NCBI GenBank assembly: GCA_965237905.1
Contig: OZ250172.1
Coordinates: forward strand, 1,184,001 to 1,248,000
DNA length: 64,000 nt
Reading direction: 5' to 3'
DNA from: Nitrospinaceae bacterium
GTDB lineage: Bacteria > Nitrospinota > Nitrospinia > Nitrospinales > Nitrospinaceae
Shown piece after piece: positions 39,558-49,867 of this stretch (positions are counted from its first letter, which is position 1; each line of letters starts with the position of its first letter). Both the position numbers and the translations under genes were made by a program. Under the pieces are notes generated by a model that saw nothing but the letters and a program-made list of their open reading frames with translations, made no database searches and was not told the origin of the DNA.

Positions 39558-39572
39558 GAACAATCCAAATTT

Positions 39573-39899
39573 TTATATATTTTCGTCGATGATCTTTTTG
39601 ATTTCAGCTTTGGATTTGACCCCGACCAACTGCTGAACGACCTGTCCCCCCTTGAACAACAGCAGGGTAGGAATGCCGCGAATTCCATATTTAGTGGCAG
39701 TAGCCGGGTTGTCATCCACGTTCAGCTTGCCCACCAAGACTTTGTCCGCATACTCACCGGCAATCTCCTCCACTGTGGGGGCCAGCATTTTACAGGGTTG
39801 ACACCACTCCGCCCAAAAATCGATCAAGGCAGGCTTATCACCCTGGAGTACAGAAGACTCAAACTCAGCGTCAGATACAGTGACGATTTTTCCCGACAT
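39573..39899 (-). CDS. trxA: Thioredoxin
   Basis: DFWAEWCQPC, IRGIPTLLLFK. Confidence 0.95.
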   Translation of the reverse strand: MSGKIVTVSDAEFESSVLQGDKPALIDFWAEWCQPCKMLAPTVEEIAGEYADKVLVGKLNVDDNPATATKYGIRGIPTLLLFKGGQVVQQLVGVKSKAEIKKIIDENI

Positions 39900-40151
39900 A
39901 AAAACCACTCCTTTAAAAAGATGTGACTGGACCCGATGGCATGATCAGGGTTTGAAAACTACCGTGGGGGGAACTTCCCAGAAAAGATAATAATAGCATC
40001 AAGCTACTCAATTTAGCTGTTTTTTTCAAGGATGTTTTTGACGCTTTTTGATATTATCAATGCCAGCCGTAATCAAACCCCGATTAAAAAGGGTTTTTTT
40101 GCTTTACGATTTTAGATGGTATTTTCATCGCAAAGATTCAGGAGTCTGTAA

Positions 40152-40625
40152 ATGCCCAATTTAATCAGTTGGTTCGCCTATGATGAAATGATGAATCCCG
40201 AGGTTATCCAGAAATCGGGCTTGGAATACGAGACGGCCTTCAGTGTATCCCTTTCGGCTTATAAACTGGTATTCAACAAAATCCCTGTGGATAACGGCGG
40301 CAAAGAAAATCTGGGCCTGCCCAACATCGAGCCCATCCCAGGTAATCTGGGGATGATGGAAGGTGTGCTGTATGAAATGCTGGAAGAAAACCTGCCGAAA
40401 CTCGATGCCCTGTACCATCACCCGAAAGAGTACCAACGCAGAAAAATGCGCTTCACCAAGCACGATTTCACCTTCGTCAATGGAATTGTCTATATCGCCC
40501 AGAAAGAACGGACGCAGAAAGGTCTGATGCCCAGCAAAGATATGCTTAAAGTCTATAAAGGATGCCGCAAGATCCTGACCAAACTTTATCTATCGAGACT
40601 GCTGATCCGCCCCGCCATCGAATAA
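40152..40625 (+). CDS. Gamma-glutamylcyclotransferase-like protein
   Basis: FAY..MM, Y.LVFNK, EGVLYE...LD...Y.R pattern. The canonical YGS motif is degenerate. Confidence 0.7.
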   Translation: MPNLISWFAYDEMMNPEVIQKSGLEYETAFSVSLSAYKLVFNKIPVDNGGKENLGLPNIEPIPGNLGMMEGVLYEMLEENLPKLDALYHHPKEYQRRKMRFTKHDFTFVNGIVYIAQKERTQKGLMPSKDMLKVYKGCRKILTKLYLSRLLIRPAIE

Positions 40626-40654
40626 GGAACCGGAAACGCCGCCAGGAATGAAAC

Positions 40655-41419
40655 ATGAATACTGCTATGCGGGCGCTGGTCCGGCCACCCTCCCAAAATT
40701 TTATCAACGCCCTCTCGGAACATCCGCAGGCAACGTCCATCAATTTTCAAAAAGCCCGGCAACAGCACGCGGCCTATTGCGAGGCGCTTAAAACTGCCGG
40801 GCTGGCCGTGGAAATTCTGGAACCACTGGACGCTTTTCCAGACAGCGTATTTATCGAAGACAACGCGGTGATTCTGGAAGGCCGGGCTATCCTCTGCTCG
40901 ATGAAGGAAACCAGCCGCCAGGGGGAAATATCATTTTTAGCGGACACTCTCCAGTCGCGCCTGCCGGTGGTGCGACTGCAGGCACCGGTGTTCATCGATG
41001 GCGGCGACATCCTGCAAACGGAAGACACTGTATTCGTCGGCCTCTCCCAACGCACCCATAGGGAAGCAGTGGAAGCCCTGCAATCCCTTACGCCCAAACC
41101 GGTGGTGCCGGTTCATGTCAAACAGGGACTGCATTTAAAAACCTCGGTCAGTGTCTTGGGAAACCATTTGCTGATCATCCAACCCTCACAGGTGGACACC
41201 GAACCACTCAACGGGTATGAATGGATTGAGGTGGATGAAGAGGAAGCCTATGCGGCGAATTGTTTAACGATGGGAAAAAACGTAATCCTGCCCGCCGGAT
41301 TCCCCAAACTGGAACAACGCATTCAGGAGCACGGTTTTTCAACCTTGCCGGTGGACATGAGCGAATTCCAAAAAGCCGACGGCGGTGTGACCTGCCTCAG
41401 TCTTGTAATAGAGGAATAA
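40655..41419 (+). CDS. Dimethylarginine dimethylaminohydrolase / amidinotransferase family
   Basis: QH..Y, PDSVFIED, R.GE, DGGD, LHLK, K.DGGVTCLS. Confidence 0.9.
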   Translation: MNTAMRALVRPPSQNFINALSEHPQATSINFQKARQQHAAYCEALKTAGLAVEILEPLDAFPDSVFIEDNAVILEGRAILCSMKETSRQGEISFLADTLQSRLPVVRLQAPVFIDGGDILQTEDTVFVGLSQRTHREAVEALQSLTPKPVVPVHVKQGLHLKTSVSVLGNHLLIIQPSQVDTEPLNGYEWIEVDEEEAYAANCLTMGKNVILPAGFPKLEQRIQEHGFSTLPVDMSEFQKADGGVTCLSLVIEE

Positions 41420-41420
41420 A

Positions 41421-42547
41421 TTATTCCGGCAATTCCTGCTTAAGAGGTTTAGTGTAGCCCACTAACTCGACATAGCCTTTGCCTTTTACGGGTTTACCGT
41501 TCACTGTACCCGACACGTTCACACTGCCTTCCCAATAAGAGGTGGAGATCGAGCGCAGGTGATGCAGTTCCTGATTCGCCATCTCCGGCTTCACCTTCAA
41601 ACGGATGCCATGCTGCGGGACTTCCAGTGTCCAACCGGCGGGGTATAGGGTGCCTGACTGTTCGCTGGCCCATTGTCCCTCGGATTGAATAGAATACTTG
41701 TTGAGAACCAGATGCGTTCCCCTGCCATCCGCGTCGACCCACGTACCGCTGGAATTTTTTTCAATCGCTCCATTCTTTTTTCGAATCTGATAGAGCATGA
41801 GCTCGGTGTCATTATCGAGCTGAACCGAAAACCAGTCCCATCCGATCTGCGCATCACTCAATTGATTGCTGGAAAACTCGTGATCCATCCAGCTCAGGCC
41901 TTTCACCTGATAGGTTTTGCCCTTCAGAGTCACCTGCCCTTCCGTCCGCATGCGCGTGAAGGTAAAGTAATGCGAAGCGTTGCCTGACGCTTCGCCCTTC
42001 TGGCTCACCCCATCCCTGCCATGAATAACGAGTGGCTTTGATGGCGTGAGCTTCAAATCGAACGCCACCTCCCCTTCCCGCGCTTTGAGATGATGCGCTT
42101 GTCCGCTTTCCGTGAGAGACCAGTTTTCATTCCATACTTTTAATTGATCCGATTCAGCACCGGCCTGTCCCAGTCCCGCACGGTTGATACGTTCAAAGAA
42201 ATGAAATTTTTCGTTCTCAATATCCGAAAGCGTCATGTGCGCAAAATAGATGTGGCCGATTTTCCATTGGGAGGGATTATTCACCTTGTCCTTCTTGTCC
42301 AATGCAACGCGGAAAAACGTGAGTTGGTATCCGAAGGACCGGCCAGTGACATCCTCAAGGTGGCCGGTGTAATCCACCACTCGATGCGGAAATCGTTGTG
42401 CGAATAAAAGTCACGGGGGAATCGGTACTCATAACCGGGAAGCGCCGGACGAAAGGAGGACAGGGATTGCGTTTCCTGAGAAACAACGGGCGCCGCCATA
42501 AAAATCAACAATAGCAAGCCCGCGACCCGGATCGTGCCTTTAAACAC
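41421..42547 (-). pseudogene. AttH/CrtC-like lipocalin-fold exported protein, split by a 1-bp frameshift near 42374
   Basis: One frame gives a signal peptide plus FPRDF.SH.DFRIEWW; the other continues YTGHL...FGYQLTFFR...WMDHEF...GWDWF...YWEG...GYVELVGY. Confidence 0.8.
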
Positions 42548-42554
42548 GCGACTC

Positions 42555-43910
42555 CTATTCACCGAACAGCTCGCGAACTTTGGCAACGCGGTAGCTGAAA
42601 ATTTTCTCCAGATCCTTCTTGACGAAAAAATACGCCACCGTATCGCCGGGAACGCCGAAAGGAAGCCGGTATAACGCATGATCGCGAATCAGGGTGCCGC
42701 CATCCTGTTCGATGAAAGTATGGGTATGGTGCCATTTTTTGTAAGGACCGCGCATTTGCGTGTCGCTGAAATGGATCACCGGGTTCCATTCGCCGATCAA
42801 CGATTGCCAGCGAAACGGAATTCCGTGCAGTTGCAGTTTATAGTCAATGAGCGTTCCGGCCTGCAGGGGATTCGTGGTTGAACCCAGCACCTTAAACCGT
42901 AGATGCGGCGGCGTTACCAACTCAAGATTTTGGGCGTCACCAAAAAAGTTGAAGACTTCCTCGATGGGCCGGGGCACCCATTGCTCCATCAACAATTCAT
43001 GGTCCTCCCGTCCGCAGATATCCTCCAAAGCCGCCTTCAACTCCGGAAACACGAATTCGTATCCGGCCGTTTTTCGGGCAATCACTCGCTGGCTGGTGAG
43101 GACCACCTGGGACGCTTCTCCCATAATGATCTTCAAAACAAATCCCGGCACCGGAAACAGATGGGGGCGTTTGAGAACAGCCGCCAACGTCTGGGTGAAC
43201 TCCACACTGGGCACTGGCTGAGGACTGACCGCATTGAGCGGGCCGTTGACCGTATCCGTTTCGATAGCGTGAAGAATGAGACCTGCCAGGTCGCGCACAT
43301 GAATCCAACTCATCCATTGCTTGCCCGATGCGACTTTTCCGCCAAAGCCCATACGAAACGGCGGAAGCATGGGTTGCAGGGCGCCGCCATCGTGGCCCAG
43401 CACAACGCCGATCCGCAGGGACACTACGCGAATCCCGGATTCCTCCGCCTGTCGGGCCGCTTCTTCCCATTGCCGGCACAAGTCGGAGAGAAATCCCTCG
43501 CCCGGTTCAGCTGACTCATCCAATGATTCGTCCCCCCGGTCCCCGTAGTAACCGATCGCCGAAGCGCATACGAATACTTTAGGTTTGTGATCCAACTCCT
43601 GCATAACTGCAACCAGCTGGCGGGTAGATTCGGCGCGCGATTTTATGATTTCTTTTTTGCGGGAAGCAGTCCAACGATTGATGATATTCTCACCCGCCAG
43701 ATGCACAACCGCATCGACGCCTGCGAATGCTTCACGCGGCGGTGGCTGGTCCGCGCCTTGCCAGAAAAATACCGGACAGGCGATAGGCAGACGCACCGGC
43801 GCTTTTTGGGCATCGCGGGTCAACACCACGATTTCGTGCCCCCGGTCTCTTAAATAGAGGATCACCTGCCGGCCGATAAACCCGGTGGCACCTGTAACCA
43901 GAATTTTCAT
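42555..43910 (-). CDS. TIGR01777-family NAD-dependent epimerase fused to a C-terminal SRPBCC domain
   Basis: TGATGFIG, HLAGE, SAIGYYG, SWIH..D; C-terminal FF....NL...TPP...GPY..W.HTH.F. Confidence 0.9.
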   Translation of the reverse strand: MKILVTGATGFIGRQVILYLRDRGHEIVVLTRDAQKAPVRLPIACPVFFWQGADQPPPREAFAGVDAVVHLAGENIINRWTASRKKEIIKSRAESTRQLVAVMQELDHKPKVFVCASAIGYYGDRGDESLDESAEPGEGFLSDLCRQWEEAARQAEESGIRVVSLRIGVVLGHDGGALQPMLPPFRMGFGGKVASGKQWMSWIHVRDLAGLILHAIETDTVNGPLNAVSPQPVPSVEFTQTLAAVLKRPHLFPVPGFVLKIIMGEASQVVLTSQRVIARKTAGYEFVFPELKAALEDICGREDHELLMEQWVPRPIEEVFNFFGDAQNLELVTPPHLRFKVLGSTTNPLQAGTLIDYKLQLHGIPFRWQSLIGEWNPVIHFSDTQMRGPYKKWHHTHTFIEQDGGTLIRDHALYRLPFGVPGDTVAYFFVKKDLEKIFSYRVAKVRELFGE

Positions 43911-44046
43911 CGAACTTCTTTCAGAAGCATTTTGAAGGGCCTTGTTTTAAAAGTGGAAAAACATCATAATGAGCCGTCTTGAATATTCTTTTTCCCACGC
44001 ACTCGTGCAGGGAGCTTAAACAAACTCTCTTTACAAGGAGATTTCC

Positions 44047-44274
44047 ATGCCCTATCAGGAGTCACCCCACTATATCGATGAAACCCCCGGAAACAAGTAC
44101 TATTGTACCTGTGGTGAGTCGGCAAATAAACCTTACTGTGACGGTTCGCATGAAACCAAAAATACCGGCAAATCGCCCATGGAATTCCAAGTGGAAAGCG
44201 CTTGCCGTATGGTCATCTGCGATTGCGGCAAAAGCAAGACCTCGCCCAGATGTGATGGCTCCCATAAAGAGTGA
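44047..44274 (+). CDS. CDGSH iron-sulfur domain protein (two motifs)
   Basis: CTCGES..KPYCDGSH and CDCGKS..SPRCDGSH; AGGAG upstream. Confidence 0.92.
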   Translation: MPYQESPHYIDETPGNKYYCTCGESANKPYCDGSHETKNTGKSPMEFQVESACRMVICDCGKSKTSPRCDGSHKE

Positions 44275-44380
44275 GTCCGGTTCATTTCGGCAGATGATTC
44301 ACCCATCTCATTTTTAAAAACTAATTGACCCGCCTGCGGGCGGCTTCTGGAGATGCATCCGGCCGCCCCGATTTCTCCTT

Positions 44381-45670
44381 ATGAATCGACGCATTGAAAT
44401 TCTGACCCGCGCTCAGTTGATCGTTTTAATAGTGTTCACCATAGCGGGTCATTTTTCGATCAGCATCACGCACATTTGCGGTTTTCTGGGAAGCGGGTTA
44501 TGGCTTTATAAAACCCATGTCACCCGCTCCTGGAACCAACTGCGTTGGCCGTTGTGGATTCCGTTTGCGGGTTTCGCGCTGGCCAGCATTCTTGCCGTCA
44601 TTACGGCCCTCGACCCTCTCCGGAGCTTCGAGCATTTGAAGCGGCTGTTTGAGATGGGTATCTTCTTCCTGATTCTGAATTCGCTCTCGGATCCCACCCT
44701 GAAAGCAAGTTTGCATGCTCTGCTCAATAAGTTCAAAGAAACCCGGCTGGGACAATTCTGTTTGGGAAAACCCGAGGCGGTGACTACCCTCTCGTCCCGA
44801 AACTTTTTTATCGGGTTAATTGTATTCAGTGCCTCCCTGTCTGCGGTGGCCGGAATCATCCAAGTGGCGATGAAAGGTCTTTCGATCCATCATCGGATTT
44901 CAGGGACATTGAGCATTTATATGACTTTCGCTGGACTTCTGATGCAGGCCGCCCTGGTGACTGCCGCGTACCTGTTGTTTCGCAACGAAAAAAACAAATG
45001 GATGTGGTCGGCTCTGCTGTTAATGGTCGTCGCCTTGGCCTTAACGCTGACCCGCCAGGCATGGTTGGGTTTCGGTTCGGGACTTTTAATTCTGCTGGCG
45101 TTTCGTAAACCGATTTGGGTAATCTTATTGCCCGTCTTCGCGACGCTGGTGTTTTGGATATCCCCTCCCCCCATCAAGGAACGAGTGGAAAGCATCGCCC
45201 ATCTGGATGATGTCACCTTTCAGGAGCGTCTTTCCATGTGGCGGTTGGGATGGAAAATTTACAAGGATTATCCAGTGACCGGATGCGGGTTTCACTGCCT
45301 GCTGAAGGTAGGCACGGATTATCCGGAGCACAAAGAAATTTCCCGCGGCCACCGCACGCTTCATAGCAATATCGTGCAGTTGGCGGTCGACACCGGCACC
45401 GTGGGAGTGTTGGCCTGGCTCTTTTTATGGCTGAGTTATTTTATCGCGTTGGGACGAAAATTAAATTCCGGTGATGACCCTCCAGACCGCTGGGTGGTGC
45501 TGGCCAGCCTCAGCGCGGTGATCGCGTTCCTGGCCGGAGGCTTGTTCGAAACCAACTTTTACGATTCGGAAGTGATCATGCTAACTTATTTCCTAATGGC
45601 GCTCCCTTTTGTGGACCCTAATAAAAAACCCATTGCACCTGCGGCAACCAAACCGCCAAATCATTTTTGA
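44381..45670 (+). CDS. O-antigen ligase (WaaL/Wzy_C) family membrane protein
   Basis: Many TM segments, TRQAW, R..MW, P.TG.G, H.N.....DTG.VG. Confidence 0.85.
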   Translation: MNRRIEILTRAQLIVLIVFTIAGHFSISITHICGFLGSGLWLYKTHVTRSWNQLRWPLWIPFAGFALASILAVITALDPLRSFEHLKRLFEMGIFFLILNSLSDPTLKASLHALLNKFKETRLGQFCLGKPEAVTTLSSRNFFIGLIVFSASLSAVAGIIQVAMKGLSIHHRISGTLSIYMTFAGLLMQAALVTAAYLLFRNEKNKWMWSALLLMVVALALTLTRQAWLGFGSGLLILLAFRKPIWVILLPVFATLVFWISPPPIKERVESIAHLDDVTFQERLSMWRLGWKIYKDYPVTGCGFHCLLKVGTDYPEHKEISRGHRTLHSNIVQLAVDTGTVGVLAWLFLWLSYFIALGRKLNSGDDPPDRWVVLASLSAVIAFLAGGLFETNFYDSEVIMLTYFLMALPFVDPNKKPIAPAATKPPNHF

Positions 45671-45810
45671 GTTTTTCACTCAAATAGATTTTAATAATGT
45701 GATATATTTGGAGGCGTTAAGATTTTGATTTGGCAAACCAACTCCCCTCTTTCCCGCAGCACTAATTCTTTTTTGGACCTAAGCTCCATTTAACTATCGA
45801 GAATACTTCA

Positions 45811-46551
45811 ATGCATCGAATTGAACAAACTGTTTTTAATTTAGTCAAAAAATATTTCCCCGACCCCAATATTTTATTGATGGAACTATGTCCTGGGCAG
45901 GGAGAACTTTCCCGGGCATTACTGGATTCCAATTATAAAAACCTGGAAGCTTTGGATATCAATCCTGAAAACTTTAAAGCAGTCGGAATTAAATGTCACA
46001 AGGGTAATTTGGGAGAAAATTTACCGTTTGAAAATGAAAGTTATGATCTGGTGATCGCGGTCGAGGGCATCGAACATTTGGAAAACCAATATCATTTTGT
46101 GAATGAATGTAATCGTATTTTAAAGCCTGGAGGCATTCTGATTGTCACCACCCCGAATATTGTCAGCTTCGCATCCCGTATTAAATTTTTGTTCACGGGA
46201 TTTTATTCCCTATGCACCAGACCGCTTAGCGAATTTAAGAAGGACTGGGTGGCCGAACATATCGCTCCCCTCACCTTCTGGCAATTCAGACATATACTTC
46301 ATACCAACGGAATGTTTATTCAGGAAATTCAAACCGACCATATCCGCAGAAGTTCCCTGGTCGGCCTGATTTTCTATCCCCTTTCTTACCTGGTCACTTA
46401 CCTGAACGTCACCAGCCGTAGCAATGAGATCGAACCCAAACAATTAAAGGTGAACAAAGACATCAACAACCAGATGCATAACTTGAGCCTGTTTTTAGGC
46501 CGCACGATGATTGCTGTGGCTAAAAAAGAGGACCATGATTACATCAAATGA
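45811..46551 (+). CDS. Class I SAM-dependent methyltransferase
   Basis: ELCPGQG, LPF...YD.V, IEH, RILKPGG...TTPN. Confidence 0.85.
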   Translation: MHRIEQTVFNLVKKYFPDPNILLMELCPGQGELSRALLDSNYKNLEALDINPENFKAVGIKCHKGNLGENLPFENESYDLVIAVEGIEHLENQYHFVNECNRILKPGGILIVTTPNIVSFASRIKFLFTGFYSLCTRPLSEFKKDWVAEHIAPLTFWQFRHILHTNGMFIQEIQTDHIRRSSLVGLIFYPLSYLVTYLNVTSRSNEIEPKQLKVNKDINNQMHNLSLFLGRTMIAVAKKEDHDYIK

Positions 46552-46567
46552 CTTTTCAAGGATTGGA

Positions 46568-47320
46568 TTATTGAAAATGATTTTTTCGGTTGGCTTCGTA
46601 CAGCTTGAGGTATTTTAAATAAGTGGCTAGCCCCTGACAGAACGCGATGTGAAAACCCTCGTAACCGTCCAGGATTCCTTTACGGATCACATACCCTTTA
46701 AAAAATGCCGCCATTCCCCGCGAAACAGCCTTCCAAGGCGATGACTTGAGCTTTCCCTGATTCTGCTCGGCAAACAACGTCGAATAAAATTGAAGTTTGG
46801 TCACCAAACTCCCGGCACTGTCGTAAGGATAATGCTTGAGGGCGCCGTTCAGATCGGTAATGCCCATCCCTTCTTTCACCATCACGCTTTCATGGACTTG
46901 ATTGTCGTTGAGACCCGTCCGCTGTTTATTATACAAACGCAGAATTTTGTCGGGATACCAACCGCATCCTTTGATAAATTTGCCGCGGTAATAGGAATGG
47001 CGGGAAAATCGATATACCTGACTGTCATCCAAGGATAGCGATTGGATTTCCGAAGACAACTCAGGAGTCACGACCTCGTCGGAATCGACGGACAATATCC
47101 AGTCGTGCTTTGCCAACTGGGCGGCCTGATTTTTGGTGGGACCGAATCCGGCGAACTCCCGCTGTTCGATGCGGACATTTTGAAAACGGCGGGCGATCTC
47201 CATCGTCCGGTCCGTAGATCCGGTATCGATGAGCAACACATCGTCAAATGATGCCAACGATTGCAGGCACTCTTCGATATATTGTTCGCCGTCTTTAACG
47301 ATAATGGCAACGCTGATCAT
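46568..47320 (-). CDS. Glycosyltransferase family 2 (WaaE/LgtF-like LPS core enzyme)
   Basis: DTGSTDRT, GFG..KN.A, W.LS.DSDE, GWYPD, VHE. Confidence 0.9.
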   Translation of the reverse strand: MISVAIIVKDGEQYIEECLQSLASFDDVLLIDTGSTDRTMEIARRFQNVRIEQREFAGFGPTKNQAAQLAKHDWILSVDSDEVVTPELSSEIQSLSLDDSQVYRFSRHSYYRGKFIKGCGWYPDKILRLYNKQRTGLNDNQVHESVMVKEGMGITDLNGALKHYPYDSAGSLVTKLQFYSTLFAEQNQGKLKSSPWKAVSRGMAAFFKGYVIRKGILDGYEGFHIAFCQGLATYLKYLKLYEANRKNHFQ

Positions 47321-47386
47321 AGGAACCTATCGAACAGAAGTGATTTAATATGTTAACCGCTCTTGGGAAATGAGCCAAGTACTGAC

Positions 47387-48262
47387 TCAAAAGGGAAGCC
47401 GCGCCCTCAGTCGCGCCCATTTCAGCGCCAGCGTTTCCTCCGGTTCCACCAGAGGACCGTCGAAGGAATTCCCGATTTGCAGGTAATACTTCGTAAACTT
47501 CGAGCTGGGGATTCCCCATTTTTCCCGGAACTGCCGGCGTCCGTCATTTTTGACGACACGCCCGGTGGATTTGCACATGAAATGGAAGACCCGGCTCTGG
47601 CCGCATCCTTTAAACAGGCGCACCCCCGCCTCCCATAGCTTGTGTGAAAAGTCGGGATCGGAGTACATGCCCGGAGAGAATTCGACGCTGTAGCCCCCCA
47701 CTAGATCCCATAACTTTTTGGGGATAACATTAGGAGGCCAGGTACCCCCCTGCCAGTCCCCTTTCGGAAAATCCATGCACTGTTTTTTCAGAGCGTCTTC
47801 CTTGAAATTTTCAATCGAGTCACCGAAGGCATCGGAAACGATCACGCACCGGTTCCCGGTATCTTTCGGTTCGATGATGGTACTGGAAATGAAAAACTGC
47901 GCGTGATCCAATGCCTCGATCTCTTGCCACAAAAAATGATCCCAGTCCGGGCAGACGTACATGTCGTCGTTCATGTAAACCAGGTAATCGGTTTTGACCA
48001 GCGTGGCGGCGGCATTGACCGCATAACAGACGCCCACGTTCTTCGCCGAAGAGGAATGGTCCAGCTTCTGCTCCCCGGCCCAGGCCAGCGTTCCGTCCGA
48101 TCCCTCATTCACATGAAGAATGATCTGATGCCGGTACCGGGAATTTTTGCGGATGCTGTCAACGCATAACCGGACATAGGAAAGATTATTCCATGTGGGA
48201 ATAACGATCGAAAAACGGGCTTCGGAGTCCGGTGAATATTCTTTAAACTCGATGCGTTCCAA
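47387..48262 (-). CDS. Glycosyltransferase family 2
   Basis: FSIVIPTWNN, NDDM, VGGY..EF.PG..D.DF. Confidence 0.88.
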   Translation of the reverse strand: MERIEFKEYSPDSEARFSIVIPTWNNLSYVRLCVDSIRKNSRYRHQIILHVNEGSDGTLAWAGEQKLDHSSSAKNVGVCYAVNAAATLVKTDYLVYMNDDMYVCPDWDHFLWQEIEALDHAQFFISSTIIEPKDTGNRCVIVSDAFGDSIENFKEDALKKQCMDFPKGDWQGGTWPPNVIPKKLWDLVGGYSVEFSPGMYSDPDFSHKLWEAGVRLFKGCGQSRVFHFMCKSTGRVVKNDGRRQFREKWGIPSSKFTKYYLQIGNSFDGPLVEPEETLALKWARLRARLPF

Positions 48263-48296
48263 ATCACTTTCCTTATAAAAACATTTTCAGGCTTGA

Positions 48297-49808
48297 TCAG
48301 CGAATCCGCTTATTGTTTTCTCCGGAGAAATCGTAACGGATCTGGTCGCGGACTCGCATGGAAGTGAAGTACGCGTAAGGTCCTTCGGACTGGATCAGGT
48401 AGAGTTGACCCGGAGACCCTTCATCCAGTTTTTTAAATTCGCCGATGCGGCTCAACCAAGTGGACCGCGGGTTTTCCTCAAGCGAAGCCATGATCTGCTC
48501 CGGCTGGTTGACTGGGTCGGCCAACCAACGGTCCGAATAAAACAAAATCGAATTTCTGGGATGCCAAAGCGGCAACCGGTAATTCCCCAGGAACGTTTGT
48601 TCGGGCGTGTTCAGGCGAATAGACGGGGCCAGCAAACGCACCTCCCAACTGTTGCGCCTGAGGCTGGCGGCCTGCTTCAATTCGATGGGCGTGACATTGA
48701 TCACCAGCGCTGTCATCATCACTACTCCCACCAACCAGGGCAACATTTTATCTTTCCAGTCCGGGAGCAACCAATTGCCGAGAGTCTTCGACACGATAAT
48801 GGCCAGGGCCGGAAACACCGGAAGCATGTAACGAAAGTATTGGGCGTTGCCCAGACTCAATACGACCAGTATGATCCCCACCCAAAGCAAAACCAGCAGG
48901 TAACCGTCTTTGTTATCCCCCGTTTCCGCAACCGCCCTTTTACCGAACTGCCAGCAACCGACCACAGCAAAGGGAAGCCAGGGCCAGTAGTTTCCGAAAA
49001 ATCCCTTCAGGTACCCCAAAAAATAAAAAGAACTCGCATTCGGGGTGGCGGGATCGCCATGCAAAAAACGCTCCCAGATGACCCATCCAAAATGCTGGTG
49101 GACAAACCGGTCACCGTACTCCATCCAGTTGATGATGTGCCAGGCGCTTCCCAATCCCAGTGCAATCACCACACCGGCGACAAAATTCGGGTTGACGATC
49201 GTTTTCCATCGCCGGGTTAATGCCAGTACCCCCAAGGCGATCAACAACGGGAACAATCCCAGAACACTTTTGGTCAGAATAGCGCCGGCGGTGCTGAACC
49301 CAAATGCCAGATACCAGCGGGGATTCTCCCGGGCCAGGAAAAAACAATACAAGGCCAGCGTCACAAAAAATGTCAGGGCAATATCCGTCATTCCCCGCCG
49401 GGAATAATCCAGAAAGTAACCCGGAAAAATCAAAACAACGCCCGACAGAAATGCCACCCAAGGGTCCTTGAACAGCTTCTCCGACAGCCGGTAGGTAATA
49501 TACACCGTTCCCGTTCCCAAAAGACCGGTCACCAACACGGCGGAATACCCGGACACCTCGAACACTTTGAAAGCGAGAGCGGTCAACCACAAGGGCAGAG
49601 GGGGTTTATCGAAATCGGGTTGACCGTTAAAGGTGTTGAGCCAGAGACTGCCGCCGGTCAACAGCTCCTTCGCTTTTTGAGCGTAGAAACTGTCGTCAAA
49701 ATTGAGAAGGCCCATGTCCGTCTGCCGCCCCAGAAAAATGAGAAGCGAGGAGTACAGCAGAAAAACGATTTGGAACGTTCTGTCTTTTAATACAGAGATC
49801 GCATTCAT
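48297..49808 (-). CDS. ArnT/PMT-like (GT-C) membrane glycosyltransferase
   Basis: DD..Y, DKPPL..W, LTK, RY.LP.FP; many TM segments. Confidence 0.88.
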   Translation of the reverse strand: MNAISVLKDRTFQIVFLLYSSLLIFLGRQTDMGLLNFDDSFYAQKAKELLTGGSLWLNTFNGQPDFDKPPLPLWLTALAFKVFEVSGYSAVLVTGLLGTGTVYITYRLSEKLFKDPWVAFLSGVVLIFPGYFLDYSRRGMTDIALTFFVTLALYCFFLARENPRWYLAFGFSTAGAILTKSVLGLFPLLIALGVLALTRRWKTIVNPNFVAGVVIALGLGSAWHIINWMEYGDRFVHQHFGWVIWERFLHGDPATPNASSFYFLGYLKGFFGNYWPWLPFAVVGCWQFGKRAVAETGDNKDGYLLVLLWVGIILVVLSLGNAQYFRYMLPVFPALAIIVSKTLGNWLLPDWKDKMLPWLVGVVMMTALVINVTPIELKQAASLRRNSWEVRLLAPSIRLNTPEQTFLGNYRLPLWHPRNSILFYSDRWLADPVNQPEQIMASLEENPRSTWLSRIGEFKKLDEGSPGQLYLIQSEGPYAYFTSMRVRDQIRYDFSGENNKRIR

Positions 49809-49867
49809 GGATGGGCTGTCATTCCCGGAAACGGTTAAATACCAGATTCATCAACCGGGCGCACGCA

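Noticed and set aside
42365..42385. Programmed ribosomal frameshift or phase variation in the AttH-like gene
   Set aside because: No slippery heptamer or homopolymer tract at the site.
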